This document shows positions 47,355 to 57,871 of a DNA stretch of 64,000 bases, one piece after another. The position numbers were made by a program, and so were the translations under genes. Each line of letters opens with the position of its first letter. Within the stretch, counting starts at the first letter, position 1. Source of the DNA: Longimicrobiales bacterium (lineage in GTDB: Bacteria > Gemmatimonadota > Gemmatimonadetes > Longimicrobiales > Gaopeijiaceae); assembly GCA_965204735.1 (NCBI GenBank), contig OZ242008.1, positions 736,001-800,000 on the forward strand, written 5' to 3'. The notes below the pieces were generated by a model. The model was given only the letters and a program-made list of their open reading frames with translations, was not told the DNA's origin and searched no databases.

Positions 47355-47911
47355 CCGCCGCCGCCCGCGAAGCCTTCGCCCGCAGCCAGCTGGGAGACGG
47401 TCGGCTTCGTCGAATCGTCTTCACCGAAGCGGCGATTCAAGGGCGAGTGGCCGAGATGGGCCGCCAGATCGGCGCCGCCTACCCCCGGGGGGCGGAGCTT
47501 CTGATCCTGGGGCTGCTGAAGGGATCGTTCATCTTCATCGCCGACCTCGTGCGCCGCATTCCGCGCCCCATCCAGGTCGACTTCATCCGAGTCTCCAGCT
47601 ACGGAAGCGGAACCGTCAGCAGCGGAGAGGTCCGTCTTCTCTACGACCCGCGAGCAAACCTGGAAGGCCGAAGTGTTATCCTTACAGAAGACATCGTGGA
47701 CAGCGGGAAGACCATGAACCACTTGCTCCCGTTGCTGCTGGAGAGGAATCCGGCGAGCCTCGAAGTCTGCACCCTGCTCCACAAGCGTCGGGCTCGCCTC
47801 TTCATGGAGCCCCGCTGGGTCGGCTTCGACGCGCCCGACGAGTTCCTCGTGGGCTACGGGCTGGGGCACGGCGAGGACTACCGGCACCTTCCCTGCATCG
47901 GATCCATCTGA
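47351..47911 (+). CDS. hpt: Hypoxanthine phosphoribosyltransferase
   Basis: LLKGSFIFIADL, VSSYG, EDIVDSGKT, FLVGYGL..YRHLP. Confidence 0.95.
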   Translation: MTAAAREAFARSQLGDGRLRRIVFTEAAIQGRVAEMGRQIGAAYPRGAELLILGLLKGSFIFIADLVRRIPRPIQVDFIRVSSYGSGTVSSGEVRLLYDPRANLEGRSVILTEDIVDSGKTMNHLLPLLLERNPASLEVCTLLHKRRARLFMEPRWVGFDAPDEFLVGYGLGHGEDYRHLPCIGSI

Positions 47912-47943
47912 TCGCCGGACGGCTCCAGCTGAACAAGGCTAGC

Positions 47944-50076
47944 ATGGCAGACGAGAAGCCTTCCAAGAAGAAGGCCGGAACGAAGATCGACTCGTCCCCC
48001 GACGCGCTCGGCGGCGAAGTTGCGGGCGAGACGGACGCGAAGGCCGGCAAGAAGCCCCAGAAGAAGGCCGACGCGAAGCCCGAGAAGAAAGCCGACAAGA
48101 AGCCCGAGAAGGCTGCCGGCGGCTCGAAGCTCTCGGGAGCGTCCCGGGCGGCGTCGTTCTGGATATTCCTCGCCCTGATGTCCGTGCTGGCGTTCCAGTT
48201 CATGCGCCAGTCCGACGAGCGCGCCAACGAGCTTCACCTCTCCGTCTTCCACCGGGAGATCGAGGCCCAAAACATCCTGAAGGTCACCTTCTTCGGAGAG
48301 AGCCGGGTCGAAGGCGAGCTGAAGAACACGATCACCCTGCCCTCCGGCGCCGACGTCCACGAGTTCCGGACCAACTTGGTGCCAGGGGCCGCCGTCGGAC
48401 TGGAGGAGAAGCTTCGGGCCCAGGACGTGGAGATCACCGCCAAGCCCCAAGGCACGGCTTGGTGGGGAGTCCTCCTGGGCTTCCTGCCGTGGCTCCTCAT
48501 CATCGCCTTCTGGATATGGATCGTGCGCTCGATCCAGAGCGGCGGGAACAAGGCGTTCCAATTTGGGCGCTCCCGGGCCAAGCTGATCAGCCCGGACAAG
48601 CCGCAAGTCGACTTCGGCGACGTGGCCGGGGCGGAGGAAGCCAAGGACGAGCTGGAGGAGATCGTCGAGTTCCTCAAGGACCCGCCGCAGTACTCCAGGC
48701 TCGGGGGGCGCCTCCCCAAGGGCGTTCTGCTGGTGGGCCCCCCTGGGACGGGCAAGACCCTTCTGGCCCGGGCGGTGGCCGGCGAGGCGGGGCGCCCCTT
48801 CTTCCAGATGTCGGGCTCCGACTTCGTGGAGATGTTCGTCGGCGTGGGGGCGTCGCGGGTGCGGGACCTCTTCGAGCAGGGGAAGGCCCACGCCCCGTGC
48901 ATCATCTTCGTTGACGAGATCGACGCCGTGGGGCGCCACCGCGGGGCCGGACTGGGGGGCGGCCACGACGAACGGGAACAGACCCTCAACGCCCTCCTCG
49001 TCCAGATGGACGGCTTCGAGGCCAACGAGGGGGTCATCCTCCTGGCCGCCACGAACCGCCCGGACGTGCTGGACCCCGCCCTCCTCCGTCCGGGCCGCTT
49101 CGACCGCCAAGTGGTGGTGGACCTGCCGGACCTGAAGGGCCGCGAAGGCATCCTTCGCGTCCACGCCAAGCAGCTTCCCCTGGACGAGGACGTGGAGCTG
49201 TCGCTGGTCGCCCGGGGGACCCCGGGGCTGAGCGGCGCCGACCTCTCCAACATCTGCAACGAGGCCGCCCTCTTCGCGGCCCGCCGAGGCGTGGACCGGG
49301 TGGGCATGGAGGACTTCGAGCAGGCCAAGGACAAGGTCATGCTCGGTGCCGAGCGGAAGAGCATGGTCCTCAACGAGTCGGAGCGGAAGCTGACCGCCTA
49401 CCACGAGGCCGGCCACGCCGTGATCGGCGTGAAGATCCCAGGACTGGATCCGGTCCACAAGGTGACGATCGTTCCCAGGGGGCGGGCGCTGGGAATCACG
49501 GCCTCGCTTCCCGAGGAGGACCGCCACTCCTACACCCGGCACTGGATGAACGGCCAGCTGGCGATGCTCTTCGGCGGGCGGGTGGCGGAGGAGACGGCGT
49601 TCGGCCCGGAGAAGGTCACCACGGGCGCCGGCAACGACATCGAGCGGGCCACGGCCATGGCCCGGCGCATGGTCACGCGCTTCGGCATGTCGGACCGGAT
49701 CGGCCTCATGGCCGTGGGCGACTCGGAGCACGAGGTCTTCCTGGGGCGGGAGCTCGTGCAGCGCCGCGAGGTCTCGGAGCACACCGCGCGCCAAGTGGAC
49801 AAAGAGGTGAAGCGCATCCTGGACGACGCCCACGCCCGGGCAAGAGACGTCATCGAGGACAATCGGGAGCTGCTGGAGACGATCGCGGCGGCCCTGCTGG
49901 ACCGGGAGACGCTGGACGGAGACGAGATCGGAATGCTCGTGGAGGGGAAGGAGCTTCCGCCCCTCGTCGTGGAGTCCGAGCAGGACCAGCTCCAGCTGGA
50001 GCTTCCCGGCGCCGAGTCCCGGGCGCCCGTCAAGCCGGTCCTGGGCGTCTCCGAACCCCTGCCCGCCCCTGGGTAG
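47944..50076 (+). CDS. ftsH: ATP-dependent zinc metalloprotease FtsH
   Basis: Two TM segments, [24 protein letters not shown]. Confidence 0.98.
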   Translation: MADEKPSKKKAGTKIDSSPDALGGEVAGETDAKAGKKPQKKADAKPEKKADKKPEKAAGGSKLSGASRAASFWIFLALMSVLAFQFMRQSDERANELHLSVFHREIEAQNILKVTFFGESRVEGELKNTITLPSGADVHEFRTNLVPGAAVGLEEKLRAQDVEITAKPQGTAWWGVLLGFLPWLLIIAFWIWIVRSIQSGGNKAFQFGRSRAKLISPDKPQVDFGDVAGAEEAKDELEEIVEFLKDPPQYSRLGGRLPKGVLLVGPPGTGKTLLARAVAGEAGRPFFQMSGSDFVEMFVGVGASRVRDLFEQGKAHAPCIIFVDEIDAVGRHRGAGLGGGHDEREQTLNALLVQMDGFEANEGVILLAATNRPDVLDPALLRPGRFDRQVVVDLPDLKGREGILRVHAKQLPLDEDVELSLVARGTPGLSGADLSNICNEAALFAARRGVDRVGMEDFEQAKDKVMLGAERKSMVLNESERKLTAYHEAGHAVIGVKIPGLDPVHKVTIVPRGRALGITASLPEEDRHSYTRHWMNGQLAMLFGGRVAEETAFGPEKVTTGAGNDIERATAMARRMVTRFGMSDRIGLMAVGDSEHEVFLGRELVQRREVSEHTARQVDKEVKRILDDAHARARDVIEDNRELLETIAAALLDRETLDGDEIGMLVEGKELPPLVVESEQDQLQLELPGAESRAPVKPVLGVSEPLPAPG

Positions 50077-50122
50077 GATCGCCCGCGTACGTCCCGGGTC
50101 CCGGCGGAGCTCCCCGGAGGCG

Positions 50123-50926
50123 CTACTCCAGGCCCTCCGCTCCCTCCATCCGCACTCCCGCCCTGGGAATGGACCGCTCCAGGATCTCCCGGAGCCGGGC
50201 CGCCTCCACCCCCACCTCGATCCGCCCCCGCCGCGCAACGGAGATGCGCGCCGTCTCCTCGCTCACCACGATCACCACCGCGTCGGTCTCTTCGCTGAGC
50301 CCGATCGCCGCCCGGTGCCGGGTGCCCAGCGACCTGTCGCCCACGGGGTTCTGGGTCAGGGGCAGGATCACCCGGGCGGTCTGTATCTCGTCCCCGACGA
50401 CGATCGCCGCCCCGTCGTGAAGCGGAGACTGGGGCGCGAAGATCGAACGGAGGAGCTCCGGCGACAGCTTGGCGCCCACGCGGCTCCCGGACCGGGCGTA
50501 GTCCCGGAGGCCCGTCTCCCGCTGAACCGCCAGGATCGCGCCGACCCGCGCCCGGGCGAGCTGGACCGCCCCCTCGACGATCCCGTCCACGATCTTGGTC
50601 TCGCGGGCGGGAGTCAGCAGTCCCACCAGCCGGCTCTCGCCCAGACGCGCCAGCGCGGCCCGCATCTCGGGCTGGAACACCACCAGCGCGGCGATCGCCC
50701 CGTACTGGAAGATGTTCTCGACCAGCCGGCGGATCACGGAGAAGTCCAGGACCACCGCCAGCAGGTGGAGGGCTCCCAGAAGGAGGACTCCCAGGAGCAT
50801 CTGCATGGCGCGGGTCTCCCGGATCAGCAGCAGGATCCGATAGACGAGCAGGAAGACCACGGCGATCTCCGCCAAGTCGCCCCACCCGGGCCGCAGGAAG
50901 TCCAGCTGCCGGAGGATCCCGTTCAC
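50123..50926 (-). CDS. cdaA: Diadenylate cyclase
   Basis: Three TM segments, FQPEMR, PLHDGA, GTRHRAA, VSEET. Confidence 0.92.
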   Translation of the reverse strand: MNGILRQLDFLRPGWGDLAEIAVVFLLVYRILLLIRETRAMQMLLGVLLLGALHLLAVVLDFSVIRRLVENIFQYGAIAALVVFQPEMRAALARLGESRLVGLLTPARETKIVDGIVEGAVQLARARVGAILAVQRETGLRDYARSGSRVGAKLSPELLRSIFAPQSPLHDGAAIVVGDEIQTARVILPLTQNPVGDRSLGTRHRAAIGLSEETDAVVIVVSEETARISVARRGRIEVGVEAARLREILERSIPRAGVRMEGAEGLE

Positions 50927-51129
50927 GGTGCCGCCTGTCCTCTCACGGTGCCGCCTGTCCTCCCGCCCTGTCGCCGAGGTGCCTTCCAAGATAACTTGTT
51001 GACCCTGGCGGGGCGGCGTCCTACATTGGCGCAGCTTCGCAGCCGGCCCGCCGTTTCCCCCGGGAGACGCCGGGACGCCCCCGAGCCGAGAGAGACGGAG
51101 AAGGACGCTTCCACTCCTGGAGCCCAGAC

Positions 51130-51795
51130 TTGGACAACAGCTACGAGCTACTCACCCTCTTCGCCGACGGCGGGCTCATGATGTACCCCCTCGTCATCTG
51201 TTCGCTGATCGGCCTGGGCGTCATCATCGCCAAGGCGTGGACCCTGTGGCTCGCCCACCGCAGCACGGTCGCGGTGCTCCAGCAGGTGGAGGAGGCCGCG
51301 ACGGCCGGACGCTTGGACGAGGCGGCGGAGATCGCGGCGTCCACGCCGGGACCCGCCGCCGCCATCCTCTTGGCCGGACTTCGGCGGATCAAGAACCTGA
51401 CGGTGGCCGAGGGAGAGCTGGAGCAGGTGATCTCCACGGCGGGAACGATCGAGCTCAGCTTCCTGGAGCGGGGCTTGGTGATCCTGGCGACGGTCGCCAA
51501 CGTGGCGCCCCTGATGGGCTTCCTGGGAACCGTGGCCGGCATGATCCTGGCGTTCTCCGCCATCGAGCGCGCCGGCAGCGTGGACCCGGGGCTCGTGGCC
51601 GGCGGGATCAAGGTGGCGCTCCTCACCACGGCGGCGGGGCTGACGATCGCCATTCCGGTGAACATCGGCTACAACTTCTTCGTGACGCGGATCGACAAGC
51701 TGATCGTGGAGATGGAACAGAGCACCCAGAAGATCCTCAACATCGCGTGGGACATGGAGCGCGACGGGAAGTTGCAGGTGCTCTCGCAGGGATAG
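51130..51795 (+). CDS. exbB: MotA/TolQ/ExbB proton channel protein
   Basis: APLMGFLGTVAGMI, GIKVALLTTAAGL. Confidence 0.9.
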   Translation: MDNSYELLTLFADGGLMMYPLVICSLIGLGVIIAKAWTLWLAHRSTVAVLQQVEEAATAGRLDEAAEIAASTPGPAAAILLAGLRRIKNLTVAEGELEQVISTAGTIELSFLERGLVILATVANVAPLMGFLGTVAGMILAFSAIERAGSVDPGLVAGGIKVALLTTAAGLTIAIPVNIGYNFFVTRIDKLIVEMEQSTQKILNIAWDMERDGKLQVLSQG

Positions 51796-51913
51796 ACCGT
51801 CGAGGCCGAGGTCGGGGGAGAAGCAGGGAACCCCGGAGACCTTGACGGCGTAGAAGGAACAGACGGGGAAAGCAGCCGGCGAAACCACGGAAAACCAAGC
51901 GGAGGTCATCCAA

Positions 51914-52336
51914 GTGGCGGTACTGGGCGGCAAGAAGTCGAGAGTCTCCGACGAGATCCCATCCTCGTCGATGGCCGACATCGCCTTCCTCCTGCTCATC
52001 TTCTTCCTGGTCACGACGACGTTCCCGAAGGACAAGGGACTCGCCATCGTGCTGCCGGAGGAGGCGGCGGAGATCGAGGTCAGCCAGAAGAACATTCTCC
52101 ACATCGTCGTGAACCCCAACGGGGCCGTGACGATCAAGCGGGGCGAAAGCCAGCAGGAGCAGACGGTCCGACCCAACGACGTGGAGGCCATCTGGCGTCA
52201 GGACGTGGTCCAGAACCCGAACCTCATCGCGGCGGTGAAGACCCATCCGAACACGCAGTACCGCTTCATGATCGACGTTCTCGACGCCCTGCACACCGCG
52301 GGCGCCGAGCGCATCTCCCTCCAACTCCTGGAGTAG
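51914..52336 (+). CDS. exbD: ExbD/TolR family protein
   Basis: SMADIAFLLLIFFLVTT. Confidence 0.9.
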   Translation: MAVLGGKKSRVSDEIPSSSMADIAFLLLIFFLVTTTFPKDKGLAIVLPEEAAEIEVSQKNILHIVVNPNGAVTIKRGESQQEQTVRPNDVEAIWRQDVVQNPNLIAAVKTHPNTQYRFMIDVLDALHTAGAERISLQLLE

Positions 52337-52343
52337 CGCGGCC

Positions 52344-52790
52344 ATGGGTCTGAAAGCAGGGGGCCTCCAGCGGAAGTCGAAGGCTTCGCAGGACATTCCG
52401 TCGTCCTCGCTGGCCGACATCGCCTTCCTTCTCCTCATCTTCTTCATGGTTTCGACCGTCTTCCAGACCGACAAGGACCGGCCCATCGACTGGGCGGCCG
52501 CCGAAGCCACGGAGAAGATCGACGAGAAGCAGAAGAACATCCTGAACATCTGGGTGGAGACCAACGGCGACATCTACATCAACGACGCCCAGCGTCAGAT
52601 GGCGGAGCTGAGCGACGTCGTGGCTCCCATGTACGTAGCCAACCGGAACCTGGTGATCTCGGTTCGGTCGGATCGGTCCGTCCCCTACCGGTTCATCGAC
52701 TTGGTCCAGCAGGAGCTGGTTTCGGCAGGCGTAGTCCGGGTCGTGTTTGCGACCGAACTCGAACAAAGCATGACGAGGGAAAGACGATGA
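52344..52790 (+). CDS. exbD: ExbD/TolR family protein (second paralog)
   Basis: SLADIAFLLLIFFMVST. Confidence 0.9.
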   Translation: MGLKAGGLQRKSKASQDIPSSSLADIAFLLLIFFMVSTVFQTDKDRPIDWAAAEATEKIDEKQKNILNIWVETNGDIYINDAQRQMAELSDVVAPMYVANRNLVISVRSDRSVPYRFIDLVQQELVSAGVVRVVFATELEQSMTRERR

Positions 52791-53476
52791 ACGAGCACAT
52801 CACCGAAGAGCAGACGGGAATCGTCGAGGGCGACGCGACGGCCAACGACCGGTTCAAGCGGTCGTTCTCCGCGTGGTTCTGGGGCTCCATGATCGCGGCG
52901 ACGGCGGTCCACTTCGCCGTCTTCGCGTACTGGCCGGACCTGCAGGCGGAGGACGTGAGCATCGTGGTCGACGAGATGGAGGCCGTCGACATCCCGCCGG
53001 AGGTCGAAATCCCGCCGCCGCCGGAAGCGATCGCCCGCCCCGCCAATCCGGTCGTCACCGACGTGGCCATGGAGGAGGACATCACGATCGCCGTCACCAC
53101 CTTCGAGGACAACCCGGTGGAGAACCTGCCGCCGCCGCCGTCGGAAGTGGAGACCGACATCTCCGCCGCGCCCACCTTCACGCCGATGACGGTGCGGCCG
53201 GGCCTCAAGAACGAGCGGGAGGTGCAGCGGGCGCTGGAGCGGGAGTATCCGCCCCTGCTCCGGGACGCCGGGATCGGGGGCACCGTCAAGGTGCACTTCT
53301 TCATCACCGAAGAGGGTGTGGTCAAGGACACGAGGATCGACGAGAGCTCCGGCCACTCGGCGCTCGACGAAGCGGCCCTGCGGGTCGCCGACGTGTTCGA
53401 GTTCACGCCGGCGCTGAACCGGGACAAGAAGGTCCCGGTGTGGATCTCGCTGCCGATCACCTTCACGACCACCTAG
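52787..53476 (+). CDS. tonB: Energy transducer TonB
   Basis: TM segment with His, Pro-rich linker, YP..GIGGTV..SSG..LDEAA C-terminal domain. Confidence 0.9.
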   Translation: MNEHITEEQTGIVEGDATANDRFKRSFSAWFWGSMIAATAVHFAVFAYWPDLQAEDVSIVVDEMEAVDIPPEVEIPPPPEAIARPANPVVTDVAMEEDITIAVTTFEDNPVENLPPPPSEVETDISAAPTFTPMTVRPGLKNEREVQRALEREYPPLLRDAGIGGTVKVHFFITEEGVVKDTRIDESSGHSALDEAALRVADVFEFTPALNRDKKVPVWISLPITFTTT

Positions 53477-53505
53477 CCGGGTCTCCGGTCTTCCAGAAGG
53501 TCGGG

Positions 53506-53543
53506 GAGCGCCCCGCCGGCCCCTTGCGGCCGGCGGGGCGCTC
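53506..53543. terminator. Perfect 16 bp hairpin between tonB and yggS
   Basis: GAGCGCCCCGCCGGCC-ccttgc-GGCCGGCGGGGCGCTC. There is no long U tract, so a terminator role is uncertain. Confidence 0.5.
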
Positions 53544-53548
53544 TTGCC

Positions 53549-54280
53549 ATGAGCTTGCCGAACTTTCGCCGCCGCATCGAGGAAGCTCTGCCCCGGGTCC
53601 TCGACCGCATCGCGGCAGCCGCCGAGCGGAGCGGGCGGGAGCCGGGGGCCGTGCGGATCGTGGCCGTGACCAAGGGGCACCCCCAGGAGGCGGTGGAGGC
53701 GGTTCTCGACGCGGGGCTGGCGGACGTGGGGGAGAACCGCGTGGAGGAGTTGGAAGAGAAGGCGCCGGCGTTCCGGGGGCGGGGCGCTCGGTGGCACATG
53801 ATCGGCCACGTGCAGAGCCGGAAGGCCGCTCGGGCGGCGCGCTTGGCGGAGCTCCTCCACAGCGTGGACTCGCTGCGCCTGGCAGGAAGGCTCTCCCGCG
53901 CGGCGGAAGGGGCGGGAACGCGCCTGCCCGTGCTGGTGCAGGTGAACGCCTCCGGCGAGGCCGCGAAGGGGGGCTTCCCGGTGACCGGGCGGTCGGAGGC
54001 GGCGTGGCAGGAGGCGCTGGAGGGGATTGCGGAGGTGGCCGCCCTGCCGGGCCTGCGCCCGGTCGGCCTCATGACGATGGCCCCCTTCACGAGCGACGAC
54101 TCCGTGGTCCGAGCCGCCTTCCGTCGGACCCGGAAGGTGCTGGAGGCGGCCGCCGAGATCGAAGGATTCGACGCCCGAGAGCTCTCCATGGGCATGTCCA
54201 ACGACTACGAGACGGCGGTGGAGGAAGGGAGCACGATCGTCCGGCTAGGCACGACGCTGCTGGGGGAGCGGCCCAGGTGA
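53549..54280 (+). CDS. yggS: YggS family PLP homeostasis protein
   Basis: VAVTK, GENRVEE, HMIGHVQSRK, GLMTM, LSMGMSNDY, VRLGT. Confidence 0.95.
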   Translation: MSLPNFRRRIEEALPRVLDRIAAAAERSGREPGAVRIVAVTKGHPQEAVEAVLDAGLADVGENRVEELEEKAPAFRGRGARWHMIGHVQSRKAARAARLAELLHSVDSLRLAGRLSRAAEGAGTRLPVLVQVNASGEAAKGGFPVTGRSEAAWQEALEGIAEVAALPGLRPVGLMTMAPFTSDDSVVRAAFRRTRKVLEAAAEIEGFDARELSMGMSNDYETAVEEGSTIVRLGTTLLGERPR

Positions 54281-54422
54281 GTCGAGTTGCGGCGGCCGAG
54301 CGCGCGGCGACCGGCTTCGGCCGGGCAGGCGCCCTCTCGGTGCCGGCCCCGATGACGACGCGCCCGGCGACCGGAGACGCCGTCGCCGGGCAAGCTCGCC
54401 GCCGAGTCTCGGTGACGGTCCA

Positions 54423-55286
54423 ATGACGACGCGGCCGGCGACCGCGTTCACCGCGCCCGGCGAGAGCGCGCGGCTTCGCGAGGCGGTGGCGGCCGTCCAG
54501 GCGGCGAGCAGCCTCCGGCCTCGGGCGGCCGTCGTCATGGGCACGGGCCTGGGCGGGCTGGCTCGGGCCATCGACGTGGCAGCCGAAATGCCGTTCGACG
54601 CTCTTCCCCACTTACCCCGGTCCACGGTGGCGAGCCACCAGGGCAAGCTGCTGCTGGGCGAGCTGGAGGGCGTTCCCGTGGTGGCGATGCAGGGCCGCCT
54701 GCACTGCTACGAGGGCTGGTCCCCAAGAGAGGTCGTCTTCCCGGTGCGGGTCATGAAGCTGCTGGGCGCGGACGTCCTCGTCTCCTCTGCGGCGTGCGGG
54801 GGCATGAACCCGCTCTGGTCGCCCGGCGACCTGGTCGTGCTCAGCGACCACGTGAACCTGATGGGGGACAGTCCCTTGGTCGGCCCCAACCTGGAATGGC
54901 TGGGCCCACGCTTTCCCGACATGTCCGCGCCCTACGACCTGGAGCTCCGCCGTACCGTCGCGGCGCTGGCCATGGCCCAGGGCGTGGCCCTTCGCGAGGG
55001 CGTCTACGCGGCCGTCGCCGGGCCGCAGCTGGAGACCCGCGCCGAGTACAGGATGCTTCGCGCCCTGGGAGCCGACGTGGTGGGGATGTCCACCGTGCCC
55101 GAAGTGATCGCCGCCCGCCACATGGGGATGCGCGTGCTGGCCGTCGCCGTCGTCACGGACCAGTGCCTTCCCGACGCGCTGGAGGAGGTCGACCTGGCCC
55201 GGATCGTCGCCACGGCGGCGGCCGCCGAGCCCGCGCTGACCCGCTTGATCGCAGCCGTCGCGGCTCGGCTGGACGCGCCGCCCTAG
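54423..55286 (+). CDS. Purine-nucleoside phosphorylase
   Basis: GTGLG, QGRLHCYEG, GPRFPDM, GPQLETRAE, VGMSTVPE. Confidence 0.93.
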   Translation: MTTRPATAFTAPGESARLREAVAAVQAASSLRPRAAVVMGTGLGGLARAIDVAAEMPFDALPHLPRSTVASHQGKLLLGELEGVPVVAMQGRLHCYEGWSPREVVFPVRVMKLLGADVLVSSAACGGMNPLWSPGDLVVLSDHVNLMGDSPLVGPNLEWLGPRFPDMSAPYDLELRRTVAALAMAQGVALREGVYAAVAGPQLETRAEYRMLRALGADVVGMSTVPEVIAARHMGMRVLAVAVVTDQCLPDALEEVDLARIVATAAAAEPALTRLIAAVAARLDAPP

Positions 55287-55547
55287 TCGCGCCCCGGAGA
55301 CCCCCTGCGGCCCCCGCGCCCCGGCGACATGTCGCGGCTCGGCTGGACGCGCCGCCTCAGTCGCGCCCTCCCAAGGCGCAGCGGCGGGCTCGGCTGATCG
55401 CGTTCGCGAATCGAACGTTATCTTTGTCGTGGCGCTTCCGTGCCCTTTGCTCCCAGCTCCCGGCTCACAAGAGCCTCCGCCCGCGTCCTGCCCCACGATG
55501 TCGAAGTTCGCCTGGCGGAACGACACTCCCACCTGGCTCGACCCGCC

Positions 55548-56390
55548 ATGACCAGCCGCTCCTCCCCGCCCACCCGCTCGGTCGAAGCTTCGATCCGCAT
55601 CGCTGCCGGCGTGGACGACGTCTGGCGCGCGGTCTCCGACGGCGAATGGCTGGCGCGCTGGTTCTCTCCGATCGCGTCGGTGACGCCCGGCAGAGGCGGC
55701 AAGGTCGCCGTGTCGTGGGGCGGCGACGCCGAGTGGACGAGCCGGATCACCGCCTGGGAGCCCGGCGTGCACATGCGCCTGGAGGACGAGCCTCCGGCCG
55801 GCGTCGAAGCGGCCGACGACGCGACGGCGTCTGCCGAGGCCGATGGCGACCACGCCGATCAAGGCGTCACCACCCTGGACTACCATCTCGAGCCGGCCGA
55901 CGGCGGCACGCTGATCCGGTTGGTGAACGCCGGCTTCTCCACGGACGCCGAGTGGGACGAGCACTTCCGAATGCTGGAGAACGGCTGGCGGTTCTTCCTC
56001 TGGAACATGAAGCACGCCCTGGAGCGCCACCGTGGCGTGCCCCGGACCATGATCAGCGCGCGACCCTGGGTAAGCGGCGCCCGCGCCCAAGTGTGGGACC
56101 GGCTCTTCGGTCCGGAGTGCCTGGGACCCCTTGCGGAAGACGACGCGCGCTTCCGCTTTGCGCTGGACGGTGGTCCGTCGCTGGAAGGATCCGTCGTGGC
56201 GTGCGACCGCCCCTGGACCTTTGCAGGAGTCGTCGAGTCCCTGAACGACGGCGTGCTCCACGTGGAGCTCGAGGGCTCCGGCCGCCGGTGGAAGCTGGGC
56301 GTCTGGCTCTCGCTCTACGGAGTCGCCGACGAGGAGCACGACCGAGTCCGGACGGCCCTTCGCGAAACGATCGGGAGACTCTCCGCATGA
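55548..56390 (+). CDS. SRPBCC (AHSA1-like) domain protein
   Basis: DDVWRAVSD..LARWF, GTLIRLV..GF..GW..L..LE, plus a second degenerate domain. Confidence 0.75.
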   Translation: MTSRSSPPTRSVEASIRIAAGVDDVWRAVSDGEWLARWFSPIASVTPGRGGKVAVSWGGDAEWTSRITAWEPGVHMRLEDEPPAGVEAADDATASAEADGDHADQGVTTLDYHLEPADGGTLIRLVNAGFSTDAEWDEHFRMLENGWRFFLWNMKHALERHRGVPRTMISARPWVSGARAQVWDRLFGPECLGPLAEDDARFRFALDGGPSLEGSVVACDRPWTFAGVVESLNDGVLHVELEGSGRRWKLGVWLSLYGVADEEHDRVRTALRETIGRLSA

Positions 56391-57871
56391 GCCAAGCCAC
56401 GAACCCGCGCGTCCTGTGCATCGGCGGCGGCCCGGCCGGCCTCACTGCCGCCTATCTTCTGTCCAAGAGGGGCGTGCCGGCGACGGTTCTCGAAGCCGAC
56501 CCCAGCCTCTTGGGCGGCATCTCGAGAACGGTCTCCCACAACGGATACCACTGCGACATCGGCGGGCACCGCTTCTTCTCGAAGTCGGCCGAAGTCAATC
56601 GACTCTGGCGGGAGCTTCTGCCCGACGACTTCATTCGCCGGCCGCGCAAGTCGCGCATCTACTACCGACGCAAGTTCTTCGACTATCCACTGCGGGCGGG
56701 CAACGCCCTCGGCAACCTCGGCCCGTTCGAAGCGGCCCGCTGCGTGCTCTCCTGCCTCCGCGCGCGACTCTTCCCGGTCCGAAACCCCACCAGCTTCGAG
56801 GAGTGGGTCGGCAATCAGTTCGGCCGCAGGCTCTTCTCGATCTTCTTCGAGGCGTACACCGAGAAGGTGTGGGGCATGAAGTGCTCCGAGATATCCGCCG
56901 ACTGGGCGGCGCAGCGCATCAAGGACTTCTCGCTGTGGGCAGCCGCTCGAAGCGCGGTCTTCCCCCGATTCGCGGGCGACGGCACGATCAAGACGTTGAT
57001 CAACGCCTTTCAGTACCCGACGCGCGGACCCGGCATGATGTGGGAGAGCGCAGGACGCAAGATCACGGCCCAGGGGGGCGTGGTGGAGCGAGGCCGGCGG
57101 GCCGTGCGGATCGAGCGTTGCTCCGGCGGCGGATGGAGCGTAGCGTCGGTGGGAGCGGCAGGCGACGAAGCCCACCACGAGGCCGAGCACGTGATCTCGT
57201 CCGCGCCCCTGCGCGAAGTCGTCGGATGCGTCGCCCCTCCGGCGCCCGCCGAAGTCCTGGACGCCGCAAACGGGCTGAAGTACCGGGACTTCCTGGTCGT
57301 CGGCCTCGTCGTCGAGGACCGCGACGCCTTCGACGATCAGTGGATATACGTTCACGATCCGGGAGTGAAGGTCGGACGCATTCAGAACTTCAAGTCCTGG
57401 TCTCCCGCCATGGTTCCCGAGGGGGACGGCAACTGCTACGGCATGGAGTACTTCTGCTTCGAGGGCGACGGGCTGTGGACCAGCTCGGACGAGACGCTGA
57501 TCGAGCTGGCGGCGAACGAGCTCGTGCAGCTGGGGCTTGCGCGGCCCGACGACGTGCGGGACGGCTTCGTGGTGCGCCAGAAGAAGGCGTATCCCGTCTA
57601 CGACGACGGATACGCGGCCCGCGTGGACGCGATTCGGCGGTTCGTCGAGAACGAGTGTCCGGGACTGCACTTGGTCGGCCGCAACGGAATGCACAAGTAC
57701 AACAACCAGGACCACGCGATGATGACGGCGATGCTCGCCGTGGAGAACATCGTCGCCGGCGAAACCCGCTACGACGTCTGGAAAGTCAATCAAGACGCCG
57801 AGTACCACGAAGAAGACCAGGCCGCGGGGGACGGTCGGCTGACCCCGCAGGCGCTCGGGGAGCGCAAGTGA
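56387..57871 (+). CDS. FAD-dependent oxidoreductase (protoporphyrinogen oxidase / UDP-galactopyranose mutase-like), copy 1
   Basis: IGGGPAGLTAA, GGISRT, DIGGHRFF, YTEKVWG, AYPVY, GRNGMHKYNNQDH. Confidence 0.85.
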   Translation: MSQATNPRVLCIGGGPAGLTAAYLLSKRGVPATVLEADPSLLGGISRTVSHNGYHCDIGGHRFFSKSAEVNRLWRELLPDDFIRRPRKSRIYYRRKFFDYPLRAGNALGNLGPFEAARCVLSCLRARLFPVRNPTSFEEWVGNQFGRRLFSIFFEAYTEKVWGMKCSEISADWAAQRIKDFSLWAAARSAVFPRFAGDGTIKTLINAFQYPTRGPGMMWESAGRKITAQGGVVERGRRAVRIERCSGGGWSVASVGAAGDEAHHEAEHVISSAPLREVVGCVAPPAPAEVLDAANGLKYRDFLVVGLVVEDRDAFDDQWIYVHDPGVKVGRIQNFKSWSPAMVPEGDGNCYGMEYFCFEGDGLWTSSDETLIELAANELVQLGLARPDDVRDGFVVRQKKAYPVYDDGYAARVDAIRRFVENECPGLHLVGRNGMHKYNNQDHAMMTAMLAVENIVAGETRYDVWKVNQDAEYHEEDQAAGDGRLTPQALGERK

